DNA from: Candidatus Micrarchaeota archaeon | GTDB lineage: Archaea > B1Sed10-29 > JAJRYS01 | Assembly: GCA_964496415.1 (NCBI GenBank) | Contig: CAZBZN010000003.1 | Span: 1 to 27,705 of the forward strand | Length of the DNA: 27,705 bases | Direction: 5' to 3' | Part shown: positions 16,985 to 26,000 of the stretch, piece after piece | Position numbering within the stretch: position 1 is the stretch's first letter | Layout: each line of letters opens with the position of its first letter | Translations under genes and position numbers: made by a program | Notes under the pieces: generated by a model | Told to the model about the DNA's origin: nothing | Database searches by the model: none | The model's input: the letters and a program-made list of their open reading frames with translations, nothing else

Positions 16985-19235
16985 GAAGCTTCCTCCTTTC
17001 AATAAGTAGTTTTGCTTGGTTTTCAACAACCCATTTCTTCCATTCTTCTAAAGCAATCTTGTAATCTGGCTTGCCGAATTCTTCTCTTTGTTTTTCAAGC
17101 ACAAGCATCCACTTGTTGTTTGCAGGGACAGTGTATTTTGCTTCAAGAAGCTCTGGAATGTTAAACTTATTCTTTAAGTCAACCAAGTATTGTTTTGCTT
17201 CTGCTCTTGCATTAATGTCATTCCATAAGTCTTTAACTTTAAGGCCTCTGCTTTTAGCGATTTTTGGGAACAACTCTGACTTTTTCAAGTTTTCTTCAAC
17301 CACGTATTGAGTGTCTTTTGCAGTGTCAAACAAGACCAAGTCAATTAATCCTCCTTCTTTTTCAGGGTCCTCGTACCAGTGTTTTCCAACTTCAGTTACT
17401 GAAACAACTCTCCTATGCTTTCTAAGCGAGCCTTTGAACCTTATCGGAGCACAAGTGACTATCACGTCCGTTGCTTTGAAAGAAGTATTAGGGACTCCCA
17501 AATCGTTTACTATCCTATCCCATACTGAGTAAGCGCTTTCACCATGAATCGTTCCCATTACAACGTTTCCTATTGCCCCCACTCTCATTGCCTCGTAAAG
17601 CACTTTTGCTTCTTTGCTTCTTACTTCACCGATTATCAATACTGAATCACCAAGCCTTAACGCTGTCCTTAAAGCTTCATCAGGAGGCACTTCAGCACTT
17701 GTTCTTGAAACAGCTAAAGGAGACTGGGTCTTAAGCCTCTGAATGTTATAACCTAACTGTTTCATGAAAGGCACTGGAATTTCTAAAGTATCCTCTTGGA
17801 CAAGGATTCTTAAGGACGGGAGAATCTCAAGCATTAAAGCCATTAACATTGAAGTTTTTCCAGAGCCTCTTGACCCGTTAACAAGAGTAGATGCCTGCGC
17901 GTCTACTAAGAAAGACAACAATCCTGCTGTTGTTGAGTTAAGCATTTTCACGTCAATGAACTGCGGGAGAGTCCATGGCGTTTGCTTGTGAAGCCTTAAA
18001 GCAAAAGCAGTGCCGTCAGGTGAAAGAGGAGGCCCTATTACTGCTACTCTTGTCTGAAGCTCTGAAAGTTCTAAGTCAAGCACTGGATGCGCTTCGTCAA
18101 AAGGCCTTCCAGAGATAGCCCTGAACCTTGAAATTATGCCTCTTGCTTCTTCCTCAGTAAACACTACGTTAGTCTGACAAGTGCCATAATCAGAGTGAAC
18201 CACGTAAACTGGTTTTGAGCCAAGAGGAGCATCCATGTACACGTCAGTAAGCCTTCTGTCTGAAAGAATCAACTCCATCATACCATAACCAATAGTGTAC
18301 CTTGTAACGATTCTTGCAAGCTGTCTTTTCTCCTCTCCAGTAATCTTAATCTTGTTCTGGTTAGCAATGTCAGTTATGGTGGTCTCGTAAATCTTTTCAA
18401 AATACCTACGTAAGTCAACAGGATTCATGAAGCCAAGGTTCTCAGGCCTGTAAGAAGCAACCACTTCACGTGTTTTTGAAAGCAAGAAGTACTTTTCAGG
18501 AGTAAGATTATACTCTGGAGGATTCAAGTAGTAAAGAAACTGGATTTTTTCAGGATGCTTGTAAATGCTTACAGTAGCATCCTGAACCATGTACTGGTCA
18601 ACTATCTCAATGTTTTCAGGAGTCTTAAAGAAAACTCTTGAAGCCACGAAAGCAGGTTTTATCTGAGGCTCAAAAATAGAGTGGTAAATCTGTCTTCCAG
18701 GAGGAATCCTCCCAAGCTTTTGAAGAATAACCCTAAAAGTCTTTATGAGTTTTGTTTTTTCAAACTCATTAAGCATGAAGTAAAGAGTCTTTAAGAACTC
18801 TGTTTGTTTTGTCTCCTCAGCGCGTTTTTTCTCTTTTTTAATCAAGTCAACCAAAGCAAGATAAGCTCTTAAAGGATCAGTTAAAAGCAAGTCCTTTGCA
18901 ATCATCACCATCAAGTCATGCCTTGAAGAAAGCAAAGCAGGGTCCTTTGTCCCTAAATGCGAAGGAGTCCACACTCCTTCTCTTTCAAACAAGTCAGCTA
19001 ACTCAGCTATTTCTTTCAACATCATCGTCTGGTTCTCGTCATGAATCTTTTCATAAATGTCGGAAAGAACAACAAGGTCAGGATTAGTTTTTCCAACATA
19101 TTCTATAACTTCTTTCATACATACTGGAAAATCAGCTATAGAAGAACCATAAGGACAATTCCTACAGTCTATTATTAAATACCTCTTTCCTCCTTCTACT
19201 TTAACGGTGTAATCATGAGCAGCCAAACAAAACAC
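16953..19235 (-). CDS. Type IV pilus assembly ATPase (archaeal VirB11/ArlI-PilB-like)
   Basis: Walker A GSRGSGKTS, QEDTLE, LRLGDSVLIIGEVR and MGTIHGES. N-terminal CRNC...C motif. Start is GTG19235 or, more likely, TTG19226 (AAGGTG SD). Confidence 0.95.
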   Translation of the reverse strand: MFCLAAHDYTVKVEGGKRYLIIDCRNCPYGSSIADFPVCMKEVIEYVGKTNPDLVVLSDIYEKIHDENQTMMLKEIAELADLFEREGVWTPSHLGTKDPALLSSRHDLMVMIAKDLLLTDPLRAYLALVDLIKKEKKRAEETKQTEFLKTLYFMLNEFEKTKLIKTFRVILQKLGRIPPGRQIYHSIFEPQIKPAFVASRVFFKTPENIEIVDQYMVQDATVSIYKHPEKIQFLYYLNPPEYNLTPEKYFLLSKTREVVASYRPENLGFMNPVDLRRYFEKIYETTITDIANQNKIKITGEEKRQLARIVTRYTIGYGMMELILSDRRLTDVYMDAPLGSKPVYVVHSDYGTCQTNVVFTEEEARGIISRFRAISGRPFDEAHPVLDLELSELQTRVAVIGPPLSPDGTAFALRLHKQTPWTLPQFIDVKMLNSTTAGLLSFLVDAQASTLVNGSRGSGKTSMLMALMLEILPSLRILVQEDTLEIPVPFMKQLGYNIQRLKTQSPLAVSRTSAEVPPDEALRTALRLGDSVLIIGEVRSKEAKVLYEAMRVGAIGNVVMGTIHGESAYSVWDRIVNDLGVPNTSFKATDVIVTCAPIRFKGSLRKHRRVVSVTEVGKHWYEDPEKEGGLIDLVLFDTAKDTQYVVEENLKKSELFPKIAKSRGLKVKDLWNDINARAEAKQYLVDLKNKFNIPELLEAKYTVPANNKWMLVLEKQREEFGKPDYKIALEEWKKWVVENQAKLLIERRKLLEKAKKRKKK

Positions 19236-19745
19236 CTTAAATTAAACTTAAGCGAACAAGCCCGCAAAGGGCTTTGGTTTCTAATAGGAATAGCTGGTTT
19301 TTATACTTTGTTCTGGGTGATTTTCAAGCTCGCAGAAGGCATTATAAAAAAATACGTTGCCGTGACTTCTTGGGTTTTACTGTCAATGGTTAAAGTCAAG
19401 GCAGAATTGCTGTTTTCACAAAACCCAGTCATTGCCGTCAGCGGCGTAAATGCTGAGATTAATTCTCTTTGTTCAGGAGTGTTTGAAATAGCTTTGATAA
19501 TGGCAATAGTAATGGCTTCCTGGGACCGTTCCTGGAAACAAAGAATAACAGGAGCACTAGGAGGAGCCTTATTCGTGTTACTAGTCAACCCTCTAAGAAT
19601 AATGATAGTATTAGCTGTAGGACATTACTTATCATGGAAAGCAGCTGACCTCACTCATGACATCCTATTCAGGCTAAGCCTTCTACTAATCATAATCGGC
19701 TACTACTACTGGTGGTATGTTAAAGCCACATGCGAGCAGTCATAA
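19215..19745 (+). CDS. Exosortase/archaeosortase family membrane transpeptidase
   Basis: Cys-Arg-His triad motifs in the expected order (EINSLCSG, VNPLRI, THD) in a small protein with several TM helices. Confidence 0.88.
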   Translation: MSSQTKHLKLNLSEQARKGLWFLIGIAGFYTLFWVIFKLAEGIIKKYVAVTSWVLLSMVKVKAELLFSQNPVIAVSGVNAEINSLCSGVFEIALIMAIVMASWDRSWKQRITGALGGALFVLLVNPLRIMIVLAVGHYLSWKAADLTHDILFRLSLLLIIIGYYYWWYVKATCEQS

Positions 19746-19789
19746 AAAACTTTAAAAACATGACCTGTTTTTCAAATAAAGGGATAAAA

Positions 19790-20893
19790 ATGAAGATAAG
19801 AAGACACTTAAACCTTGCAGCAATAACCATAATAATAGTACTATTAATAAACCAAGCATTTGCCAACACCCTTGGAAACGCAGCTTGTGGCTTTACATAT
19901 GATATTGAAAATGAGATAGAAACAGTCACTACCAGTGACGGTAAAATATCAAACTATGTATATAACCCACAGTCAACAATAAAAATAACAGTCTATGCAG
20001 ATCATAAATTCAAAAGAGAAACATGGCAACTATACAATGCCACAGAAACAATAGCTCAATATACTAACCAATATTATGTAGTCAGTGATGATCCTACATA
20101 TGAGCATCAAAAATCAGTAACTTTTACTTATAATACTGAAAGTTTAGCCCCTGAAAATGATTACATGATAAAAGCAGAACTTACAGACAATGGGGGCTGG
20201 TGGGGATCTGCTTATACAAAGACCTGCTACTTTCCAATTCGCATAAAGGATGAGCCTCTTGAATTTTCTTTTCCAGAAGAATTTCAACTTGATAACAATG
20301 TTTATACTGCAAAAATAATAGAAGGGGAACAAATACCAGAGCCAATAACAATAACCGATGACTATGGAGTATACTCAATAATCATCACAGATGTAAACTT
20401 CGCTCTCATTTGCTCTCAAACTTACCCTACTATTGGAACTACAAGTGTTGAAATAAACCTTAACAAAATAGGAGAATCTCTTCCTAACTGCAGTACCAGT
20501 CAAAAAACAATCAAAGAAAAAATAGACAATGGGAAAAGTTTAAGAATATCCGCAAGCGCATATTACTCTAAAGATTACTTTATTACAAAAGAAATAAAAA
20601 TTTTAAAATACAAAAAACCAACCCTAACCTACGGAAACATAAAATCACGGCAAGGCAATGTAGCAACAGCATACTTCAGACCAATCAATTTTGACACAAA
20701 TGAAAAATACAAAAATTTCAAGAACTATTACCTCCTTAGCTTTGAAAAAGGAGAAATAGGAGCACCATTATTTTACATAGTAAAATACCTAGATGAAAAC
20801 AATAATTATAACATCTTTTTTAATTACTTCTACTACTCAGAAGAATATGCAAGCGGAGAACTCATAGAACACACAATCACAGGGTCATGCTAA
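19790..20893 (+). CDS. Secreted hypothetical protein, paralog of 20987..22033
   Basis: Start moved to ATG19790 (MKIRRHLNLAAITIIIVLLINQAFA signal peptide; TTTAAAAA at 19751-19758). Tyr/Ile/Thr-rich beta composition. No C-terminal anchor. Confidence 0.8.
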   Translation: MKIRRHLNLAAITIIIVLLINQAFANTLGNAACGFTYDIENEIETVTTSDGKISNYVYNPQSTIKITVYADHKFKRETWQLYNATETIAQYTNQYYVVSDDPTYEHQKSVTFTYNTESLAPENDYMIKAELTDNGGWWGSAYTKTCYFPIRIKDEPLEFSFPEEFQLDNNVYTAKIIEGEQIPEPITITDDYGVYSIIITDVNFALICSQTYPTIGTTSVEINLNKIGESLPNCSTSQKTIKEKIDNGKSLRISASAYYSKDYFITKEIKILKYKKPTLTYGNIKSRQGNVATAYFRPINFDTNEKYKNFKNYYLLSFEKGEIGAPLFYIVKYLDENNNYNIFFNYFYYSEEYASGELIEHTITGSC

Positions 20894-21484
20894 AAATAAA
20901 TTTTTAACAAAGAATAACCCCTTGAAATCTCATATCATTTTTATACTAAAAAAAGCCTTAAAAACACCCGTTGCTTCTTAAAAACCATGAGAAAAGTGTT
21001 CATGTTAATACTAGCTTTAACATTAATCGTAGGTATTGGGTTTTCTTTTTCCTGTGGAAAAGACTCAGGTTCTATAAAAACAGGGGATATTCAACTTCCT
21101 ACTCATGGTGATGAACACCATATGATTCTCCCAGCAAACACAAATCATGTAATTGCAATAAATTATGAAGCCACTGGAAATTTTGAAGAGTACACTTTCA
21201 AAATAACAGATCTTACCACTAACTCAGTAATAAGAACAGAAAAACTCACTAAAGATGATAAAGAGAAACCAAATGCTGGTTTTACTCAAACTTTGCAAAT
21301 AAGGCATAATTACTCCATTTATTTCCATTACACTGATGACGGAGGCTGGTTGGGAAAAGAATTCTCAGGCGAATGCACTGTTTATGTTTACGCTGAAGAC
21401 TCCCCTGAAATTTCTTTCTCTGAGGAATTTCAAGAAACTGATGGTACTTATACTACAAAAATAATAGAAGGGGAACAAATACCA
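20310..21484 (+). repeat. 29-bp identical segment (20310-20338 and 21456-21484) within a longer diverged duplication
   Basis: caaaaataatagaaggggaacaaatacca occurs in both paralogs, and about 300 bp of flanking sequence is alignable by eye. Confidence 0.85.
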
Positions 21485-22033
21485 ACTGTAACAGTAACCG
21501 ATGACCTTGGATTATATTCAATAAAAATCTTAGATGAAAATGATAATGTCATTTGCTCACAATCTTATCCTGCTATTGGAACCACAAGTGTTGAAGTAAA
21601 CTTTAATAAAATAGAAGAATCACTTCCTGACTGCAGTAATTCAAAACAAAAAATTGAAGAATTTATAAACAACGAAAAAATACTAAAAATATCTGCAAGT
21701 GGTCATTATTCTACAGGAGACTTCACGACAAAAAAACTAAAGGTCAAAAAACTTGAAAAACCGTCCTATATAACCGCTGGAATATGGGAAAAACAAGGAA
21801 ACGGCGTGACAGGATACATGCTTCCTTACTGGTTCACTAGTGAAGATTCTTTAAAAGAATTTGAAGATTACAACTATCGGCTTATTAGCATAGGCACTAC
21901 TAATTATGTTCCTTTCTATCCAATTATTTCATCAACGTCTGTAACATTAACAACCATAAAGAAGGTCTACTATTTTTACTTTTTTACTGCAGAAGATATA
22001 ATAAAGAATAAGATATTGGAAATGACTTATTAA
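20987..22033 (+). CDS. Secreted hypothetical protein, paralog of 19790..20893
   Basis: Signal peptide MRKVFMLILALTLIVGIGFS. Shares TD[ND]GGW.G, EEFQ, KIIEGEQIP, ICSQ.YP.IGTTSVE and ESLP.CS with the upstream gene. Confidence 0.82.
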   Translation: MRKVFMLILALTLIVGIGFSFSCGKDSGSIKTGDIQLPTHGDEHHMILPANTNHVIAINYEATGNFEEYTFKITDLTTNSVIRTEKLTKDDKEKPNAGFTQTLQIRHNYSIYFHYTDDGGWLGKEFSGECTVYVYAEDSPEISFSEEFQETDGTYTTKIIEGEQIPTVTVTDDLGLYSIKILDENDNVICSQSYPAIGTTSVEVNFNKIEESLPDCSNSKQKIEEFINNEKILKISASGHYSTGDFTTKKLKVKKLEKPSYITAGIWEKQGNGVTGYMLPYWFTSEDSLKEFEDYNYRLISIGTTNYVPFYPIISSTSVTLTTIKKVYYFYFFTAEDIIKNKILEMTY

Positions 22034-22068
22034 AAAAGTTTTAAAACCTTGGCTTGGTTATGATATTC

Positions 22069-22962
22069 ATGCGTGGGTTTACTTTGTTTGCTCCGTTGGT
22101 TGGGACTTTGATTATTTTGATTTCTATACTTGTGGCTAGCGTGATGGTTTTGAATGATACTGAGACTGCGAGGAGCCTTAGTTATTCTTATGAAACTAGT
22201 TCTCAGTCAACTGCAGGAGTGCTTATCAGGTCAGCTGCAAGGCTTCAGATAGCAGAAAACATAAGGAATTATTTTGATGATCCTAACTCTGAGTTTTTCA
22301 AGCCTTTTGAAATAAAATGCACTAAACTTCAGGATGGTGTTTCTTGCGATTACTCACAAGCACTTAATTCAAGGATTACCAAAGCTCAGAATGACTTTAG
22401 TCTTTCTTATGACGTGACGTATTCAGGGGTTCTTGACAGCATTGAAGCTGCTACTGATTACGCTGCAGTTGACAAATCAAAAGCAAAGGTGGATCTTTCT
22501 AACGGCCTTGACAGTTGTTTTCCTTTAATGAAAGTATCCTATAATAATGACTGGGTCACTGTGAAGTTGAACCAACAAGCATTAGCAGGATGTGATGTTA
22601 GTTACTTTACTGTTGATTTCGTGAGTAATGTTGATAAGTCAAAAAAAGTAACTGTAAGCATTTTACCAAGCCAGGATGAGTATCACGAGTTTTTTCTTCC
22701 AAGAAGCATATTTGAAGATAGTAAGGAGAGCTATGAGAATGCTGTTTCAAAACTTATGAAGGGAGATATTAGTTTTGATAATTCATTATGTAAATACAAG
22801 AAAGGAGTTAGCACTAACTTTTACAAGCTTGGTAGCGATTACGGGGCTAAGTTCCTTTATTACGTTAACGGAAAACAATTACTGATAGAGTATTACACTG
22901 GGAAGACAAGAAGCACTGGTCCTTTAGTAATAAAATCTGGTGATTACGTAACTTGCGTATAA
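22069..22962 (+). CDS. Large pilin-like protein with class III signal peptide (adhesin candidate)
   Basis: Start moved to ATG22069: MRG|FTLFAPLVGTLIILISILVASVMVL. TTTTAAAA at 22039-22046 fits a leaderless promoter. Confidence 0.78.
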   Translation: MRGFTLFAPLVGTLIILISILVASVMVLNDTETARSLSYSYETSSQSTAGVLIRSAARLQIAENIRNYFDDPNSEFFKPFEIKCTKLQDGVSCDYSQALNSRITKAQNDFSLSYDVTYSGVLDSIEAATDYAAVDKSKAKVDLSNGLDSCFPLMKVSYNNDWVTVKLNQQALAGCDVSYFTVDFVSNVDKSKKVTVSILPSQDEYHEFFLPRSIFEDSKESYENAVSKLMKGDISFDNSLCKYKKGVSTNFYKLGSDYGAKFLYYVNGKQLLIEYYTGKTRSTGPLVIKSGDYVTCV

Positions 22963-23015
22963 CTTTAGGTTTTTATATTAAAAGTGAGTTTGTAGAACTG
23001 GAAAAAGGTGAACGC

Positions 23016-26000
23016 ATGGAGCTATTGAATAAAGTAATCGAGGCTTATTATAAGGTTGAGGATAAGTGGTTTGATTTTCTTGACTTTCTTGACTCAAAAA
23101 AAATTCCTGTTTATTCAATAGTTGATCCTTTGGAAAAACACGGTGTCCCTTCTTTCTTGCTTTTCTTAGGAGTGATTCTTGTCTTGGCTTATTTTTTCCT
23201 TTCTCCAGGAGGAGTTCCTGTAAACCAGGTTGTCTTGCAGGTGACTGATGGAGAAAACCCAGTGTATGCTCATGTCATGATTCTCACTCCTGACGGAAAG
23301 ACTGCTTTTGAAAGCAATGTGAATGGCTCTGTTCAATTAATGCTTAAGCCTGGGAATTATTTTGCTCGTGTTAGTGCTGAAGGATGCACTGATGTTGAGA
23401 ATTACTCGGTTCTCGTAAGTGAAGAGGTTCCTGAAGTAAGCATAGTGCTTGACTGCCAGCAGAGGCCTAAGACAAAGCTTGTGAGTGTTTGTTTTGACTC
23501 TGATAATCTTGGAGCAGTGACAGTGTATAAAAAGGTTGGTTCAAGGATTCCTGACTGTACTCAGGGAAGTGACATTTGTTCTCTCTTAGTTGAAGAAACT
23601 GAAGAGAAGAACTACAAGTTTAAGACTCAAAGCGGTCTCGTGTCTGACTATTACTCTGGTAAAGACTTAATCCGTTTAGAGAACTTAAACAAGTGCGTTC
23701 ACTTGTATCCTTATCTTGACCCTTCTGTTCCAAAAGGAAAAGTATACGTGCTTGTTAAGACAAAAGACGGTAAGAAAGTGCTTGGCGCGATAGTGAAGTT
23801 GTTTAAAGCTAATACCAGTTATGAGCTTTCAAAGTCAGCTACTCATGTTGAAGGGAACTTAAGTGGTTTTGCTGAGTTCACTCTTCCTGTTGGCACTAGG
23901 TTTTACGTGAAAGTAGAGCCAAGTAACATGTCCATTGCTTTTACTGATGAGAACATTTACGAGGTCAAGGAAGGCGTTAATAATGTTGAGGTGACGATTG
24001 ACCCTGGAGTAAGCTCTATGATCACAGTGCTTGCTGAAAGTGAGACTGGAACAGTGCCTGTGGATAATGCTTTCATTACTTTATTTGATTCTTACTTGAG
24101 TGAGGATTCAAGGCAAGGTCCTTTCAAGACTGATTCTAATGGAAAAAAGATTATCAACCTTGTGAAAGGCGCTGACTATGTTGGCTTTGTTTGGAAGAAA
24201 GGGTTTAATGTTTCAAGGTTTGAGTTGAAAGGCGGTGAGAACAAGACAATTTACTTGGAGAAAGCAGCTCCTGGAACCACTGGTGACGTTCATGTAATAG
24301 TTGGTTTTAAGGATTCTAAAGCAGCTATTCCTAATGCTTTTGTTTACTTGTTCAAGGATGGAAAGCCAACTGGCATTCCATCACAGCCTGAAAAGACCAG
24401 TTATAATGGCGAGGCTTGGTTTTACTCTGTTCCTGTTGGCGATGGCTACTGCGTGAAAGTAGTAAGAAAGTTCGGTGAAAGCGAATGTGTTGATGTTGGA
24501 GAGGATGGAAAAGTAAGCCTTGGAACTAATACTGTTGTTGTCGAGGTTGACCCTATTAGTTTTGACATTGACGTTAATGTCAGTGTTGAAGGGGAACAAG
24601 CTCAAGAAGAAGTGGAAGTTGAGGCAGTTGATAAAAACTTAGGTGAAGTGATAGCAAGCGCTAATGTGAACAAGCTTACTGGCTTTGCCTCTTTAACTAT
24701 CAATGAAGGAACTGATGTTGAAATAAAAGGCTATTATTCTAATTCTTCTGGGTCTTATTCAGGAGTAATTGACTTGGGAAGAATAGAAGATTATGTTGAA
24801 AACCATGGTAAAGTAGTTAACCTTGACTTGGAAAAAGTAGGGAATAACATTTCCATAATATCTCCAAGCACTACCCTGAACAAGGGAGTTACTTATTACT
24901 TTACTATCCTGTTAGGAACTGAGAATACTACTTTGTGGCAGAAAGCAACAATAATCCTTTATGACGAAGATGGTTATTTTGAGTTTAAAGAACCAAGCAG
25001 CACTTACGTTACTTCTGTGACTGGAGCTGGAACCAGTAAAATGGAGATAAGTATTAATGTTGAAGAATTAAGAGAAAGGACCCTGAACTTAAGAATTCCT
25101 ATAAGAATAAAGACTTATGCTCCCAACTCTGTTTCTTTTAAGTATAACGCGTCTTGGGTTAAGGAAGAAAAGGCTGGGGAGAAAGTTGACCGTGACCCTG
25201 GCTCAGGAGCTTATACTGCAGGGCCTTATACTGCAACAGGTTCTGTGTGCAGGAAAGCTGAAAACGGAGAACTGTCAGTATGCCTCCCAACTTATGTTAA
25301 CAGCATTGAAATAGGGGCTACTAATGAATTTGAAGTTGCTGTAGTGAATGAGGGAACTAACGCTTTAAGTGGGAGTTCTTTGAGTTTGAAAGTGAAGAAT
25401 TACTATGAAAACGCAGTATTCTCTCTTGTTAAAGTAAAGCTAGGTGATATTGAAACAAGCGGTAGCATCAGTGATGATGGTTTTGAAGTCAGTGTTCCAA
25501 GTGACTTAACCATTGACCCTGGTGAGAAATTAAGCCTGAACATAACAATGCTTGGAATAGGAGGCGGTCCTGTTCAGGTTGATTTGTTGAAAGACGGGAA
25601 AATCATTACTCTTGATGACGGGTCAGAAGCAAGCGTGAGTTTTTCAGTGACTGGAACAAGTCAAGTGGAGATAATAGTGTCTCCTGAGCCTTTGACAGAG
25701 CTTTCAACTGAAATGAACATAAGCTTGATGGCTGGCACTGGTGCTTACAAAAGAGAAGTGCCTGCAAGTGAATGGAGTTATTATACTTCTGTCAGCGGCT
25801 TGACTTGTGATATTCAAAATCTTGCTAGCAACTCATGGTCAAAGGCGTATGGTAATACTTATTCAATTGTGTTTGACAATGACTGTAAGCCTTCAAGAAG
25901 CAAAAAAGTGACTGTGAGTTTTTTGCCTCCTGAAGGTTATTCTTATGCTCCTGCTGAAAAACAGGTTGAAGTAAGCAGGTGCATTAACCTTCCGTCTTCT

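Noticed and set aside
14981..19235. Archaellum motor (ArlI/ArlJ)
   Set aside because: No ArlH, ArlF/G or archaellin-type N-termini nearby. The neighbours are pilin-like, so a pilus is more parsimonious.
21047..21058. Lipoprotein lipobox in 20987..22033 (FSFSC)
   Set aside because: It does not match L-[AS]-[GA]-C well, and the paralog's early Cys lies several residues after a normal signal peptidase I-like site.
20250..21700. Possible diversity-generating retroelement template/variable repeat pair
   Set aside because: Mismatches between the copies include many non-adenine, synonymous C/T changes and an indel. Both copies are mid-gene coding sequence and no reverse transcriptase is in the window.
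508..25314. Numerous antisense or nested short ORFs in the track (e.g. 1677..2129, 2611..3306, 8679..8975, 16233..16574, 24381..24605, 25117..25314)
   Set aside because: They lie over well-supported genes, lack recognisable motifs or SDs, and look like shadow frames.
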